Positions 29,174 to 38,663 of a stretch of 64,000 nt of DNA are shown here, piece after piece. Within the stretch, counting starts at the first letter, position 1; every line of letters starts with the position of its first letter. Where the stretch lies: positions 36,765 through 100,764 of IMG/VR virus record IMGVR_UViG_3300011008_000021; one strand, 5' to 3'. The DNA comes from a virus (lineage: Duplodnaviria > Caudoviricetes). Made by a program: the position numbers and the translations under genes. The notes under the pieces were generated by a model. The model was given only the letters and a program-made list of their open reading frames with translations, was not told the origin of the DNA and made no database searches.

Positions 29174-31147
29174 TTAAATTTCCATATTAGCGTCTGTAAA
29201 ATCTCCACCAAGTTCTGATGGATTAGGTAATGTCATTGTATCTGAAGTACCCTCATCTTCTGCTGATGAAATATTTACATCTATATCAGATTCAGGATTA
29301 TTAAAAACATCATTTGGATCCATTCTACCAGGAGAACTGTGACCCCCTAACATCGGATTCGTTTCACCATTATTAAATTCTGTGGTATCGACTCCCATGT
29401 CTTCTTGTTCTTCTAGAAGATCTATTTGTGTCTGAATAATATCAAGTATTTCAGAATCTGTAACAATATTTGATAACAGTGCTTTTAAGATCTTTAATTT
29501 TGCTGAAGCATCTTCTACTTCTGCAAGCAGGTTCATTATATCACTGGCTACAGCAATCTTAGTAGACATATTATCTCTTCTATCTATTTGTTCCTGAGTA
29601 GTAGGCTCTTGCATCCTAAGATTATATTTATTAATATAAGAATCTAAACCCTTATCAAGTAGCATTAAATTTATTGCATCTGTTAATGCTTGGATCATTG
29701 TGTTTTGAATTCTTTTTATTGTTTTTGCATATCTGGATGAAATAATAGATAAGGATTGACCTCCATTAAATCCTGCGCCATCATCAGTAAATCCAAAATA
29801 CTGTTTAGGTATCTTAATTGCACCGAATAATTTATCTCTAAAATAATCTATATCTGCAATTTGCCGTACATCTACATCCCCACCAACTTGCTGTGTTGTT
29901 ATAGTACCTTGTCCATTGTGGGTAGGTATATACACATTATTTTCCATTGGTCCTGGATTGGTATATTCATTTAAAGATTTTCCTGTATCTAATGCAGATT
30001 TCTGTTCAATAAGTTGTTTGATACGCATAAGATGTTTTGGTATATTTTCTTTAGGCATATCTCCAACTTCAACTCCAATTATTCTGATAATAGAAGATTT
30101 AGTAATTCTATTTAATAATAAAGCATTTTCAAGTAAAGAAAGTTCTCTCCAAATTTTAAAAGTATTATAAAGAATGGACTGACCCCTCTTTACATTGAAA
30201 GTATAACTTGAATCAGAGTCAAGATTAATTTCATCATTTAGAAATATTGAAACTATTTCAGGTTGTCTTGTGCTGTTTTCGTCTAAACAAGCATGAACAA
30301 ATATAGTAGGTTCAAATACCTGTACATCTCTAAGTCTATAAACGTATCTAAAAGTTGATGGATACATTTGATCGGCAGCCATTCTTTGAAGACCAACATT
30401 TACTGGAGCTTTTATATATGAATATGATTTTCCAAATTTAGTTAATTCAAACATTTCTGCAGGATTTGCAACCATTTCGATATAATGCGCATATTTATCA
30501 TTTTTACTATAAGCTCTTACAATAACATCTTCCTGAAGTTTTTTCTTGTCCTCTTCACTTAGATCTTTTGATAATCTTTCAATAAGTTGATTATTATGAA
30601 TTTCATTTAATTGTTCATTTAATTTTTTCTTATCTGAATCTTTATCTTTACCAGAATCTATAACATCTAAGAAATCTTCAAAATCTGAATTCTTGTACAA
30701 TCTTAAATAACAATCACCATATTTACATAGTGAATATACCCATTTGTAAATATGTTTATTTATTTCCATGCTATCTAAAAGATACGTAATATATTTTCCT
30801 ATCTCAGGAATATCGGACTCAACCCAAACAATATCTCCATTTTCATTTGTTTCAGTTGCATCTTCTGCATAGGTTTCTAACACAGCTGACATCGTAGGAT
30901 CATTTGACATAGTATCAATTAGATCATATACCTGGTCTCTTGCTTGTGAAACTTGCTTAAAAGATTCTATTTTTGTAATATCTATTTGACTTGATTCTCC
31001 TCCATAATTGGCAAGTGAATCAATAAATGTATCTTTCAGATCTACACCTATACTTACATCTGGTACAGGCTTAGCATTTAATTTTTTTCCATATAAATCA
31101 TCATCTTGAATGATTGGATTATCGTTATTCTGAAATTCATTACTCAT
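29174..31147 (-). CDS. Portal protein (gp20-like)
   Basis: LCKYGD, GQSIL...WRELSLLENALLLNRI, VEVGDMP, DIDYFRDKLFGAIKIPKQY, RYAKTIKRIQ. Confidence 0.92.
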   Translation of the reverse strand: MSNEFQNNDNPIIQDDDLYGKKLNAKPVPDVSIGVDLKDTFIDSLANYGGESSQIDITKIESFKQVSQARDQVYDLIDTMSNDPTMSAVLETYAEDATETNENGDIVWVESDIPEIGKYITYLLDSMEINKHIYKWVYSLCKYGDCYLRLYKNSDFEDFLDVIDSGKDKDSDKKKLNEQLNEIHNNQLIERLSKDLSEEDKKKLQEDVIVRAYSKNDKYAHYIEMVANPAEMFELTKFGKSYSYIKAPVNVGLQRMAADQMYPSTFRYVYRLRDVQVFEPTIFVHACLDENSTRQPEIVSIFLNDEINLDSDSSYTFNVKRGQSILYNTFKIWRELSLLENALLLNRITKSSIIRIIGVEVGDMPKENIPKHLMRIKQLIEQKSALDTGKSLNEYTNPGPMENNVYIPTHNGQGTITTQQVGGDVDVRQIADIDYFRDKLFGAIKIPKQYFGFTDDGAGFNGGQSLSIISSRYAKTIKRIQNTMIQALTDAINLMLLDKGLDSYINKYNLRMQEPTTQEQIDRRDNMSTKIAVASDIMNLLAEVEDASAKLKILKALLSNIVTDSEILDIIQTQIDLLEEQEDMGVDTTEFNNGETNPMLGGHSSPGRMDPNDVFNNPESDIDVNISSAEDEGTSDTMTLPNPSELGGDFTDANMEI

Positions 31148-31202
31148 ATATGTTTATTAACCTTTATATAATTCTGTAATATTTTATTATACAATAATTC
31201 CA

Positions 31203-34200
31203 TTATATAGATATAATGGATCGTAATCTGTAGTTGCTCTTCCAAATCCAAAATTCAGAAATGAAGAATTTGAATCTTTTTTTTAATGGATCATGTAATT
31301 TATTTAACATATCTTCCATATCGATTTCTATTTGTTTTCTATCTGGTAAGATAGAAGCACTACTAACTTCAACAGTAGCATCTAAATCATCCCCATATTC
31401 AAATGTAAATTCATCTGCATGATTAGAGGCATTCCAAATTGAAGCTGCAACAGCATCAGCAGCATCCTTTGAATTATGTACAAACACCCCAGAAGACAAA
31501 GCAAAATTATGATTATCTTCTATTGTTAAATCATATACATCCTCTGTGTCACATATTAATTCAACAGAAACTACCTTATGATTTAAAATTTCTTTACAAA
31601 CAATCTTCCGATACCTTACAGCATAGGGTGGTTTATGATAAGAATCTAAAGAATCGTATTCAAATCCAAATATTTCTCTGAATTTATTTTTATCAATCAC
31701 AGGACATAATTCTTTTAGTTTCTTAGATTCTTGGTTACTCTTAGATAAAGCAACCTCAGAATTTTTATATTTCCCAAGTTTATGATTTTCAGAAACTGCT
31801 TTACTTATCCTTTGTTGAATTTCTGGGTCATTAATTCTTGATAGTTTAACTCCCAACGAGTTTCTTTCAGATAGACTAAGGTCTTTATAATCAACTCCAA
31901 AAACATCCTCAATCTCTTTTATATGAGATTCTTTTTCCATTCTTTTATTATCAGCAGAAATTTTGGATTGTTCCCATCTCTGTCTTCTTAAGGCATCTTC
32001 ATTTTCCTTTTTAATTCTATCCTTTATCGGAATCTTATTTTTTAAAGTATCTGAAATTTTTAAATTCCTGTTTATAAAAATTGGATTATCTTTATTTAAA
32101 GCATAATATTCACTCAAAGAATTACTCCGTTTTTTCTCTGCTTCCGGACTGTGTGCTCCAGTCTCCATTAGAGCATGGATTCTTTGATGAGATGCCTTAG
32201 ACATCCAAATTAAATTAGACGGAGTATTATCTTTCGGATTACAATTTTTATGATGCACGAGATACTTCTCATCTAAAATTTCATTAGCAAATTTTCTATG
32301 CTCATAATGCCATTTATCTTCTATAGGCTCATAATACAATCTGTAATTTTGTAAATTTGCTTTAGGATATTTTCTATATAATGGCATTAATGAATCATCT
32401 TTATTAAGCAACTTTGCTTCTTTATATGTTCCATCACGCATCATGAAAAGATGATTTGGAGTACATCTGATTACTTCGCCATTATCTAATGTAACTTTAA
32501 CAAGTTCTGCATTTTTCTTAGTACACCAAGCATTTATTATTTTTTTAGGCTCTATTATCTTTTTATCTTCATTAAAGGAATATACATAATTAATTTTGTT
32601 AGAATTGAATTCATCTACTAAATCTAAAAACGTTAACTCTCTTCCATCTACTAAACTAACTTTTGTATCTCCTGTAAAGCATCCATATCGTCCACCATCT
32701 GGATGGTCTATCTTACCTGTATTACCATTTCTTTCAAGACCTAATAACTCTTCAGTAAGTAATTCTGACTCATACATTATTATTCTTTGTTCATAGATAG
32801 CATTTTTTAAATATGCGTATGGCAAACAAATTTTACTTTGTGAATCAACTCTATCTACTGATATTACTTCATAATTATAGCCTTTAGAAATTAAATCTTG
32901 TGCTAAAGATGCATTTTGATATGTATCTGTAGAAATTCCTTTTATTGCAAATCCTTGTGATTTTAACCAATATATAAATTCTCTATTTTTCGCAAATGAT
33001 ACTTGATAACCTTTTGGAGCTTTAACTGAAACATTAAAGGCTAATTGATAATACATTTCTCTATTATTACTAATTCCTGCTTTTTTACCAAGTATCCAAA
33101 CACCCGCAATACCAGTTTTATCTCCTGATATTGACATATCCAAATGCATAAATAATGGTTTACTCTTCAATTCTGAAGGTATTCTGTTTATGTCAAAAAA
33201 GTCATAATATTGAACAATATCATCTGGAGCATTGCCAACCTCGATTATATCTTTAACGAACGGATTTAAAAATGATTTTGATTTACATTGTGCTAATCTT
33301 GGTCCACTTATATACTTGGTTAACTCACTTGAAGAGATTCCAGCAAAATCGCATAATGCTCTATCTATATTATCTAGAAAATCTTGTCTAAATTCTACTG
33401 GAACTTCTATTATTTTATAACCTTTATTTCTCCATTCTACTACATCAGTATCATCAGGTATTATTTCAGAAGCTAAAAATTTATTACCCACACCAACATT
33501 AAATCTTTTTCCACTATATGTATCTGGAGGTTTGATATCCCAAACTGCTTCATCAATAATTAATGCAGATGACTCTTCTGACTCTAATTTTTGTTTCATG
33601 TGTTCTTCAAGAAATGATTTTTCACTTCTTTTTGAAGAAGCTAAAATGAGTAATGTAGGATTTTTTCCTTTATGAATAAATCTTGTTTTCATACCACCGA
33701 TGGCAGTATCAATCATGTCAAGAGCTATCTTCTTTTGTCTGTCAATGTCTTGATTTCTTACAAATGAAATTTCATCAAAGAATGCTGCAAGAATTGGTTG
33801 TCCAATAACATGACTTGCTTGAGATCCAATTATAATATCTATATATTCAGGTGGGTTCCAATAAGGTTCATTATTTCTTTGAGTCATTGTACCTCTACTG
33901 GTGAACCACGGAGATAATTGAACAGTATTCTGGAATTTACTTACACCAATATCTTCAGATAAGACCTTTGTTATATTCATAAAAGCAAATGCTATTTTTT
34001 CTGTTGGTTTCAAATTAAAATATTCGTGAGGTTTCTTAATACACATTACTCTGTACATAAGATATAACATGCAAGTAATTGCAATTTCTGATTTACCTAA
34101 TCCTCTTGCTCCAGAAAATATAGCATTATTATAATTAGTTGATGTGTTATCAGGAAACAGTTGTTTTAACTTTTCTTCCCAATATGGATATAATTTACAA

Positions 34201-34421
34201 GATCCATCTGGCAAATGCCAAGCTCGTCCAAGATATTCATTGTCTTTAATAAAAGTAATTATATCTACTGGTATTTCATTGTAATCTTCAGATAGAATTG
34301 ATTTATAAGTATCTGAATTACCTTTCTCTTTATATTCTCCAAGAATATCTAGTAGAACTCTTTTTTCATTCTCAGACAATGACAATATTTCATCTTTAAA
34401 ATCATCTTTGTTATACATCAT
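31203..34421 (-). CDS. terL: Terminase large subunit with intein
   Basis: Walker A GARGLGKS, Walker B FFDE, nuclease HLDMS..GD and KIDHP...SKDAADA. Confidence 0.92.
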   Translation of the reverse strand: MMYNKDDFKDEILSLSENEKRVLLDILGEYKEKGNSDTYKSILSEDYNEIPVDIITFIKDNEYLGRAWHLPDGSCKLYPYWEEKLKQLFPDNTSTNYNNAIFSGARGLGKSEIAITCMLYLMYRVMCIKKPHEYFNLKPTEKIAFAFMNITKVLSEDIGVSKFQNTVQLSPWFTSRGTMTQRNNEPYWNPPEYIDIIIGSQASHVIGQPILAAFFDEISFVRNQDIDRQKKIALDMIDTAIGGMKTRFIHKGKNPTLLILASSKRSEKSFLEEHMKQKLESEESSALIIDEAVWDIKPPDTYSGKRFNVGVGNKFLASEIIPDDTDVVEWRNKGYKIIEVPVEFRQDFLDNIDRALCDFAGISSSELTKYISGPRLAQCKSKSFLNPFVKDIIEVGNAPDDIVQYYDFFDINRIPSELKSKPLFMHLDMSISGDKTGIAGVWILGKKAGISNNREMYYQLAFNVSVKAPKGYQVSFAKNREFIYWLKSQGFAIKGISTDTYQNASLAQDLISKGYNYEVISVDRVDSQSKICLPYAYLKNAIYEQRIIMYESELLTEELLGLERNGNTGKIDHPDGGRYGCFTGDTKVSLVDGRELTFLDLVDEFNSNKINYVYSFNEDKKIIEPKKIINAWCTKKNAELVKVTLDNGEVIRCTPNHLFMMRDGTYKEAKLLNKDDSLMPLYRKYPKANLQNYRLYYEPIEDKWHYEHRKFANEILDEKYLVHHKNCNPKDNTPSNLIWMSKASHQRIHALMETGAHSPEAEKKRSNSLSEYYALNKDNPIFINRNLKISDTLKNKIPIKDRIKKENEDALRRQRWEQSKISADNKRMEKESHIKEIEDVFGVDYKDLSLSERNSLGVKLSRINDPEIQQRISKAVSENHKLGKYKNSEVALSKSNQESKKLKELCPVIDKNKFREIFGFEYDSLDSYHKPPYAVRYRKIVCKEILNHKVVSVELICDTEDVYDLTIEDNHNFALSSGVFVHNSKDAADAVAASIWNASNHADEFTFEYGDDLDATVEVSSASILPDRKQIEIDMEDMLNKLHDPLKKRFKFFISEFWIWKSNYRLRSIISI
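31473..32681 (-). mobile_element. Intein (403 aa) with HNH endonuclease in terminase nuclease domain
   Basis: Starts CFTGDTKV, block B CTPNH, HNH motif VHHKN...DN...NL....H...H, ends VYDLTI..HNF...VHN followed by Ser. Confidence 0.93.
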
Positions 34422-34507
34422 ATATTTAATATAATTTATTTAAATTTAATAAAGAGGTAAGTTATTAGCCTACCTCTTTACACTCTTCCTATATATAATT
34501 ATACAAT

Positions 34508-35335
34508 TTATTTTAGTTTTTTCAATAGATCATAGATATCAATATCGTCCACTAATAAATCATCGATGTTAATTTCTTCCTCTGAATCATCTAATGAATT
34601 ATTTGTAATATTAATATCTGAAATATTAAAAATAAAAGAAACGTCTAAAACAGTTACAATGATTAAATCATTGTCTTTTTCTATCTTAAAAGGAACATCC
34701 TCAAAATCTTCAAATTCATCAAAATATCTAAATGAATTATTTAATGTCCATCGTAATTCATTTACAAATTGTTCAAAAGAATTATATTTATATTCACATG
34801 CATCCAGAACAGCTTGTTTTATTTTCTGCTCAATATTATTTTTTCTTTTATTTAATTCTACTTCTTTTTGCAAATTCTTATTATAATAATCTATAAAAAG
34901 AACTGGATATTTTTTATTATTCCAACCATAATCTTCACCTACTACATACATTCTATGCAGTCCTTCTTGTGATCCAGCAGCTGCATTAATCATTGTCATA
35001 GGTAATTGTACGTTATTATCTATAACGGTTCTTATTGTTTCTAATGACTCTGTATCCCTACTTCTTTCTTTTTTTAATTTTTCTACGGAAGAATTAGGAA
35101 AAGCATATTTAACACAATTTTCAAAATATTGCTCAGGTGTTAGATAAATTATTTCACCTACAAGATTTTTTTGATTTCTATAATAGTTTTCTTCAGAACT
35201 ACCCGGTAATAATTCATTGTAATATGATACTCCTGTTGTTGATGTATCAAATATATTATCGCCTGTTATTCTTCCTGTTCGATAATCATAAAATTCTTTT
35301 CCTGTTGTTTTATCTTTCCACTCTAAGACTTTCAT
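34508..35335 (-). CDS. ParB/Srx-like domain protein
   Basis: LTPEQY...LPM...QEGLHRM resembles the ParB GxxR motif. Confidence 0.5.
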   Translation of the reverse strand: MKVLEWKDKTTGKEFYDYRTGRITGDNIFDTSTTGVSYYNELLPGSSEENYYRNQKNLVGEIIYLTPEQYFENCVKYAFPNSSVEKLKKERSRDTESLETIRTVIDNNVQLPMTMINAAAGSQEGLHRMYVVGEDYGWNNKKYPVLFIDYYNKNLQKEVELNKRKNNIEQKIKQAVLDACEYKYNSFEQFVNELRWTLNNSFRYFDEFEDFEDVPFKIEKDNDLIIVTVLDVSFIFNISDINITNNSLDDSEEEINIDDLLVDDIDIYDLLKKLK

Positions 35336-35337
35336 TA

Positions 35338-35778
35338 TTATAAAAAATCACCTTTAGAATATGCTTCTTTTATATTTTTTATTGAAACTTCTGCTTTAGT
35401 ATTTTTATAATTTGGATGAGTTACACAAAAATTCTCATACGCATCAATATCTTCAATTATTTGATTATATTGCTCTTCAGTATGTCCAATTTTTCTTTTT
35501 ACTTCTGAATTAAAATTAAGTATGTTTCTTCTTTTTTGATCCATTTCATCTTTTAAATCTTCTTCAATATGACGATCAAAACTTTTCTGTAAAGAAAAGA
35601 ACTTTTTATCCAAATTATCTAATTTATCGTTGGTTTCTTTGTTTACACTTTTAAGAAAAAGCTGCCAAATATTTAACTCATATTTTGGCAGCTTTATGCA
35701 ACTCAAAATCAACATTACTAAAGCAATAATGAACCCGTTCTGATTAACTGATTGTATTATTTCTAAAAAGCTCATCAT
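35338..35778 (-). CDS. Membrane-anchored lysis-region protein
   Basis: N-terminal TM helix, coiled coil, next to holin. Confidence 0.55.
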   Translation of the reverse strand: MMSFLEIIQSVNQNGFIIALVMLILSCIKLPKYELNIWQLFLKSVNKETNDKLDNLDKKFFSLQKSFDRHIEEDLKDEMDQKRRNILNFNSEVKRKIGHTEEQYNQIIEDIDAYENFCVTHPNYKNTKAEVSIKNIKEAYSKGDFL

Positions 35779-35836
35779 TGTCTTTTTCGTATCCTTTATA
35801 ATAAAATGAGCTGTAAGTTATCTTTCTTTATAAAGG

Positions 35837-36043
35837 TTATTCATTGATTTTATTCTTATATACCTTGTTAGAAATTGTAACGAACGCACCTACAAGAACA
35901 TCAAGAGCTACGAAAGTAGCTTGAATCTGCTCTGCGTAAGGAATTCCCCAAATATTAAAAAATGTAGAAACAAAAGTTCCAATCGGTAAAATCAATAATG
36001 CCACAAATTTAAGTATGTCATATACTTTATCATTCATTATCAT
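35837..36043 (-). CDS. Holin (Dp-1-like)
   Basis: MNDKVYDILK...LP..GTF...WG.PY.EQI; two TM helices, basic tail. Confidence 0.8.
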   Translation of the reverse strand: MIMNDKVYDILKFVALLILPIGTFVSTFFNIWGIPYAEQIQATFVALDVLVGAFVTISNKVYKNKINE

Positions 36044-36056
36044 TTATATTACCTCT

Positions 36057-36200
36057 TTATTTAGTATATTTTTCTCCAGTAATCAGTTCGTATTCATTCT
36101 TAGTAATGCCATTTCTTTTTCCGACTAAAGCATGAACCATTGCCTTTGAATAATAACCATTATCATAAGCTTCTTTAATTTTTTCGAAATTCTTACTCAT
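36057..36200 (-). CDS. XkdX-like small protein (47 aa, not in ORF track)
   Basis: MSKNFEKIKEAYDNGYYSKAMV...ITKNEYELITGEKY; GAGGAGG RBS. Confidence 0.8.
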   Translation of the reverse strand: MSKNFEKIKEAYDNGYYSKAMVHALVGKRNGITKNEYELITGEKYTK

Positions 36201-36354
36201 TAGGTTGAACCTCCTCTTCGTCAGTATCAATATCTATGTCTGACATAATTGCTAGATACTCAAGAAGTGCCTGTTGCTTATCAAGTGCAGCTGCCATTGC
36301 TTCTTCTTTTCTTGCGGCATTGCTTAATTGCTCTTTTTGACTTACAGTACGCAT
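36193..36354 (-). CDS. Small tail-fibre-associated protein (53 aa, not in ORF track)
   Basis: AGGAG RBS; MRTVSQKEQL...ALLEYLAIMSDIDI; precedes XkdX-like gene; overlapped by RT 3' end. Confidence 0.65.
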   Translation of the reverse strand: MRTVSQKEQLSNAARKEEAMAAALDKQQALLEYLAIMSDIDIDTDEEEVQPNE

Positions 36355-37462
36355 TTTTACTCCTATCAAATTTTAAATTAACATTGAATAAATCATTGAA
36401 AAATTTATCCATTTCTTTTAAAAGAAAATCACAGTTACATCTGCTTACACAAGCAGACCAAGATTGATAATGTTCGTAAATATTTTTAAAAGTTGTTTCG
36501 TTATTATCTAATTTTATCTTTAACTTTTTTAACTTTCTTTTTTCTTCATATATCTTTTTCTTAGGTATTTTAATTATAACTTTACCTGACTTAGTCAAGA
36601 TAAATTTCTTACGCATAAAATTAAAACTTTTTTGTAATTTTGTTATTCCATGCTTATCTATAACTTGAATACCTAATTTAGACATTTCATCAGTTACATA
36701 CTCTTTAGCCTTAATTAAAATATCTTTATTATTAGCTATGATTAAAATATCGTCATTATATCTTTCAAGATACTTAATTTTTAATTGTTCTTTAAGATAG
36801 TGGTCGATCTTATTTGGAATAGCAAGTTGAAATAATTGTGCCATTTCAGATCCTAATCCAGTTCCTCTTGCCCCAAAAATATCATCTAATATTATCTCTT
36901 CATCTCGTTCATCAACATATGAATCAATTATATCACAGACACTTTCAGATTGAAACTCATCTCTAACATAAAATTTTACAACAGACTTAGATGTTGAATG
37001 AGGAGTATTTGGAAAATATCCTTTAAAATCTAAGTGAAGAATAAAACCGTTATTAGATTTTTCTTCTCTAAAATATTGTTGAAGAAAGTAGATAATTCGT
37101 TCAATAGCAAAATCGGTTCCACGATGTTTTAAACATGCACCATTATCATAAATAAATGATCTTGTTAAATCATCCCTAACTCCATTATTACACAGAACTT
37201 TTTGGAAAATTCTATCTTTTATTTTAGTTGCTCTTATTTCACGCAGTTTAGGTTCATACACATAAAATCTGGTATACTGAGATATCTTATATCTGTGACT
37301 TATTATTTCTTCAATTAATCTGTAGTTTTTTAATAAAGAATATAAATAATAATTTGCAACTGAATCTTTGTAACGAGTGCCTCTTGAACACTCTCTTGTA
37401 GCTTTCCTGAAATTTAAAAGTGTTAGATATTTTTTATTTTGTAAAATAGGATCTTTAAAAAT
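36281..37462 (-). CDS. DGR reverse transcriptase (about 393 aa if started at ATT 37462)
   Basis: EPKLREI, DRIFQ, DNGACLKHRGT, LDFKGYF, GLGSEMAQ, RYNDD; frame is open 67 codons upstream of the called GTG and encodes the usual RT N-terminal block; next to TR and avd. Confidence 0.92.
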   Translation of the reverse strand: MFKDPILQNKKYLTLLNFRKATRECSRGTRYKDSVANYYLYSLLKNYRLIEEIISHRYKISQYTRFYVYEPKLREIRATKIKDRIFQKVLCNNGVRDDLTRSFIYDNGACLKHRGTDFAIERIIYFLQQYFREEKSNNGFILHLDFKGYFPNTPHSTSKSVVKFYVRDEFQSESVCDIIDSYVDERDEEIILDDIFGARGTGLGSEMAQLFQLAIPNKIDHYLKEQLKIKYLERYNDDILIIANNKDILIKAKEYVTDEMSKLGIQVIDKHGITKLQKSFNFMRKKFILTKSGKVIIKIPKKKIYEEKRKLKKLKIKLDNNETTFKNIYEHYQSWSACVSRCNCDFLLKEMDKFFNDLFNVNLKFDRSKNAYCKSKRAIKQCRKKRRSNGSCT

Positions 37463-37705
37463 TTCTTTTTTTCTCCTATCAAATTATTTAAATATTGGCC
37501 TGCCGTTTACAGCAATACTTACTATATATAATATAGTAAATTGCATCTTAAAATGTAAAATATCCAATTTTCAATTACATCAACAGGATTGCTTTTATCG
37601 TTACATTATAACGAAAGGATAATATCTCCCTATATAATATCTCTGCTTTTGATAGTTCTATCACTATCTACTTGAACTGGATATGCCAGTATTTATTCTG
37701 GTTAT

Positions 37706-37830
37706 ATAGTCCAGGCACAGGCCCGTTAGTGTTGTTGGCGTTGTTGTTGTTGAGGGCACCGGAAGTGTTGACGTTACGAACGTTGTTCGCATTGGACGGA
37801 TTCGGCGAACGCAGCCACCAATTCCGGGCA
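37706..37830 (-). repeat. DGR template repeat (TR)
   Basis: 125-nt copy of VR rich in AAC/AAT codons; all 19 mismatches to VR are at TR adenines. Confidence 0.97.
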
Positions 37831-37852
37831 AGTTCTAACAGATATTACCCTA

Positions 37853-38557
37853 TTAATTTATTCTTCGATTATATCTATCTAGATCCGATTTTAACCACCC
37901 ATTTAAGAATGATAATAATTTATCTGCTTTTTCGATCCATGTACATAATTTATTATAATCATAATTATAAAGATCCATAAAGAAATCAAATTTCTGGGTT
38001 AATGTTATTAACAAAGCTCTTGCTTCATTCATGTAAGATCTTCGTATAGCATAATCAGTGCCACATTCAAATTTTATATTATTTGCAGTAAATAAACAAG
38101 TATGAAATCTTTGAGTTATGTTGACTATTTCATTAGCTCCTAACCATCTAGCACTCTTTGGAATTATTTTTTCACTCTTACATAATTTAATGGTTTCTCT
38201 ACATAGATCCCAACCATCGTCTAATATCCTTAATCCTCTCGGAGTGTGTGGATTGAATCTGCCTGGTCTGTGTGTAGGTTTCTTCATTTCGACCTTAGGC
38301 ACTTTTGATAAATCAAGATTAACTGGTTCCATATGTGTAGTAATAAGATTATTAGAACCAATCTCATCAAAAGGAACTGAAGATCCCTCAACTGATTCGT
38401 TCAGTTCAACTCTTGGTTTTTCAATATTCTTCGTTGGTAAATTAACAGGAACTTTAGGTTGTAAAGCTGGATTAAAATAACTTTCTTTTATTCTTTTGTT
38501 TTGTTCCTTTATTGCTTTATTTACTTCATTGATATTTTCAAAGCTAACTTGAGCCAT
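37853..38557 (-). CDS. avd: DGR accessory variability determinant (Avd-like) with long N-terminal extension
   Basis: C-terminal ~120 aa: IPKSARW, ANNI, RRSY..EA, W.....L..L.GW.KSD; located between target and TR. Confidence 0.8.
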   Translation of the reverse strand: MAQVSFENINEVNKAIKEQNKRIKESYFNPALQPKVPVNLPTKNIEKPRVELNESVEGSSVPFDEIGSNNLITTHMEPVNLDLSKVPKVEMKKPTHRPGRFNPHTPRGLRILDDGWDLCRETIKLCKSEKIIPKSARWLGANEIVNITQRFHTCLFTANNIKFECGTDYAIRRSYMNEARALLITLTQKFDFFMDLYNYDYNKLCTWIEKADKLLSFLNGWLKSDLDRYNRRIN

Positions 38558-38604
38558 TTTCTTTATAATCCATCTCTTATTTATTTACTTGAATTGTTGA
38601 AATT

Positions 38605-38653
38605 GGAGAGGGTCTTTTTTAGCCCCGCATATCGCGATGGCATGACCCTCTCC
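38605..38653. promoter_or_regulatory. GC-rich inverted repeat downstream of VR (DGR homing hairpin/cruciform)
   Basis: GGAGAGGGTC / GACCCTCTCC 10-bp arms, 10 nt after the target stop codon. Confidence 0.75.
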
Positions 38654-38663
38654 GGATTTCAGA

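Noticed and set aside
1018-36000. Additional DGR variable repeats
   Set aside because: No second WWLRS-like copy of the TR was found by eye in this window; a BLASTN of TR against the full genome is still needed.
36281-37462. RT as group II intron, retron or Abi RT
   Set aside because: Adjacent TR/VR with adenine-specific mismatches and avd identify it as a DGR.
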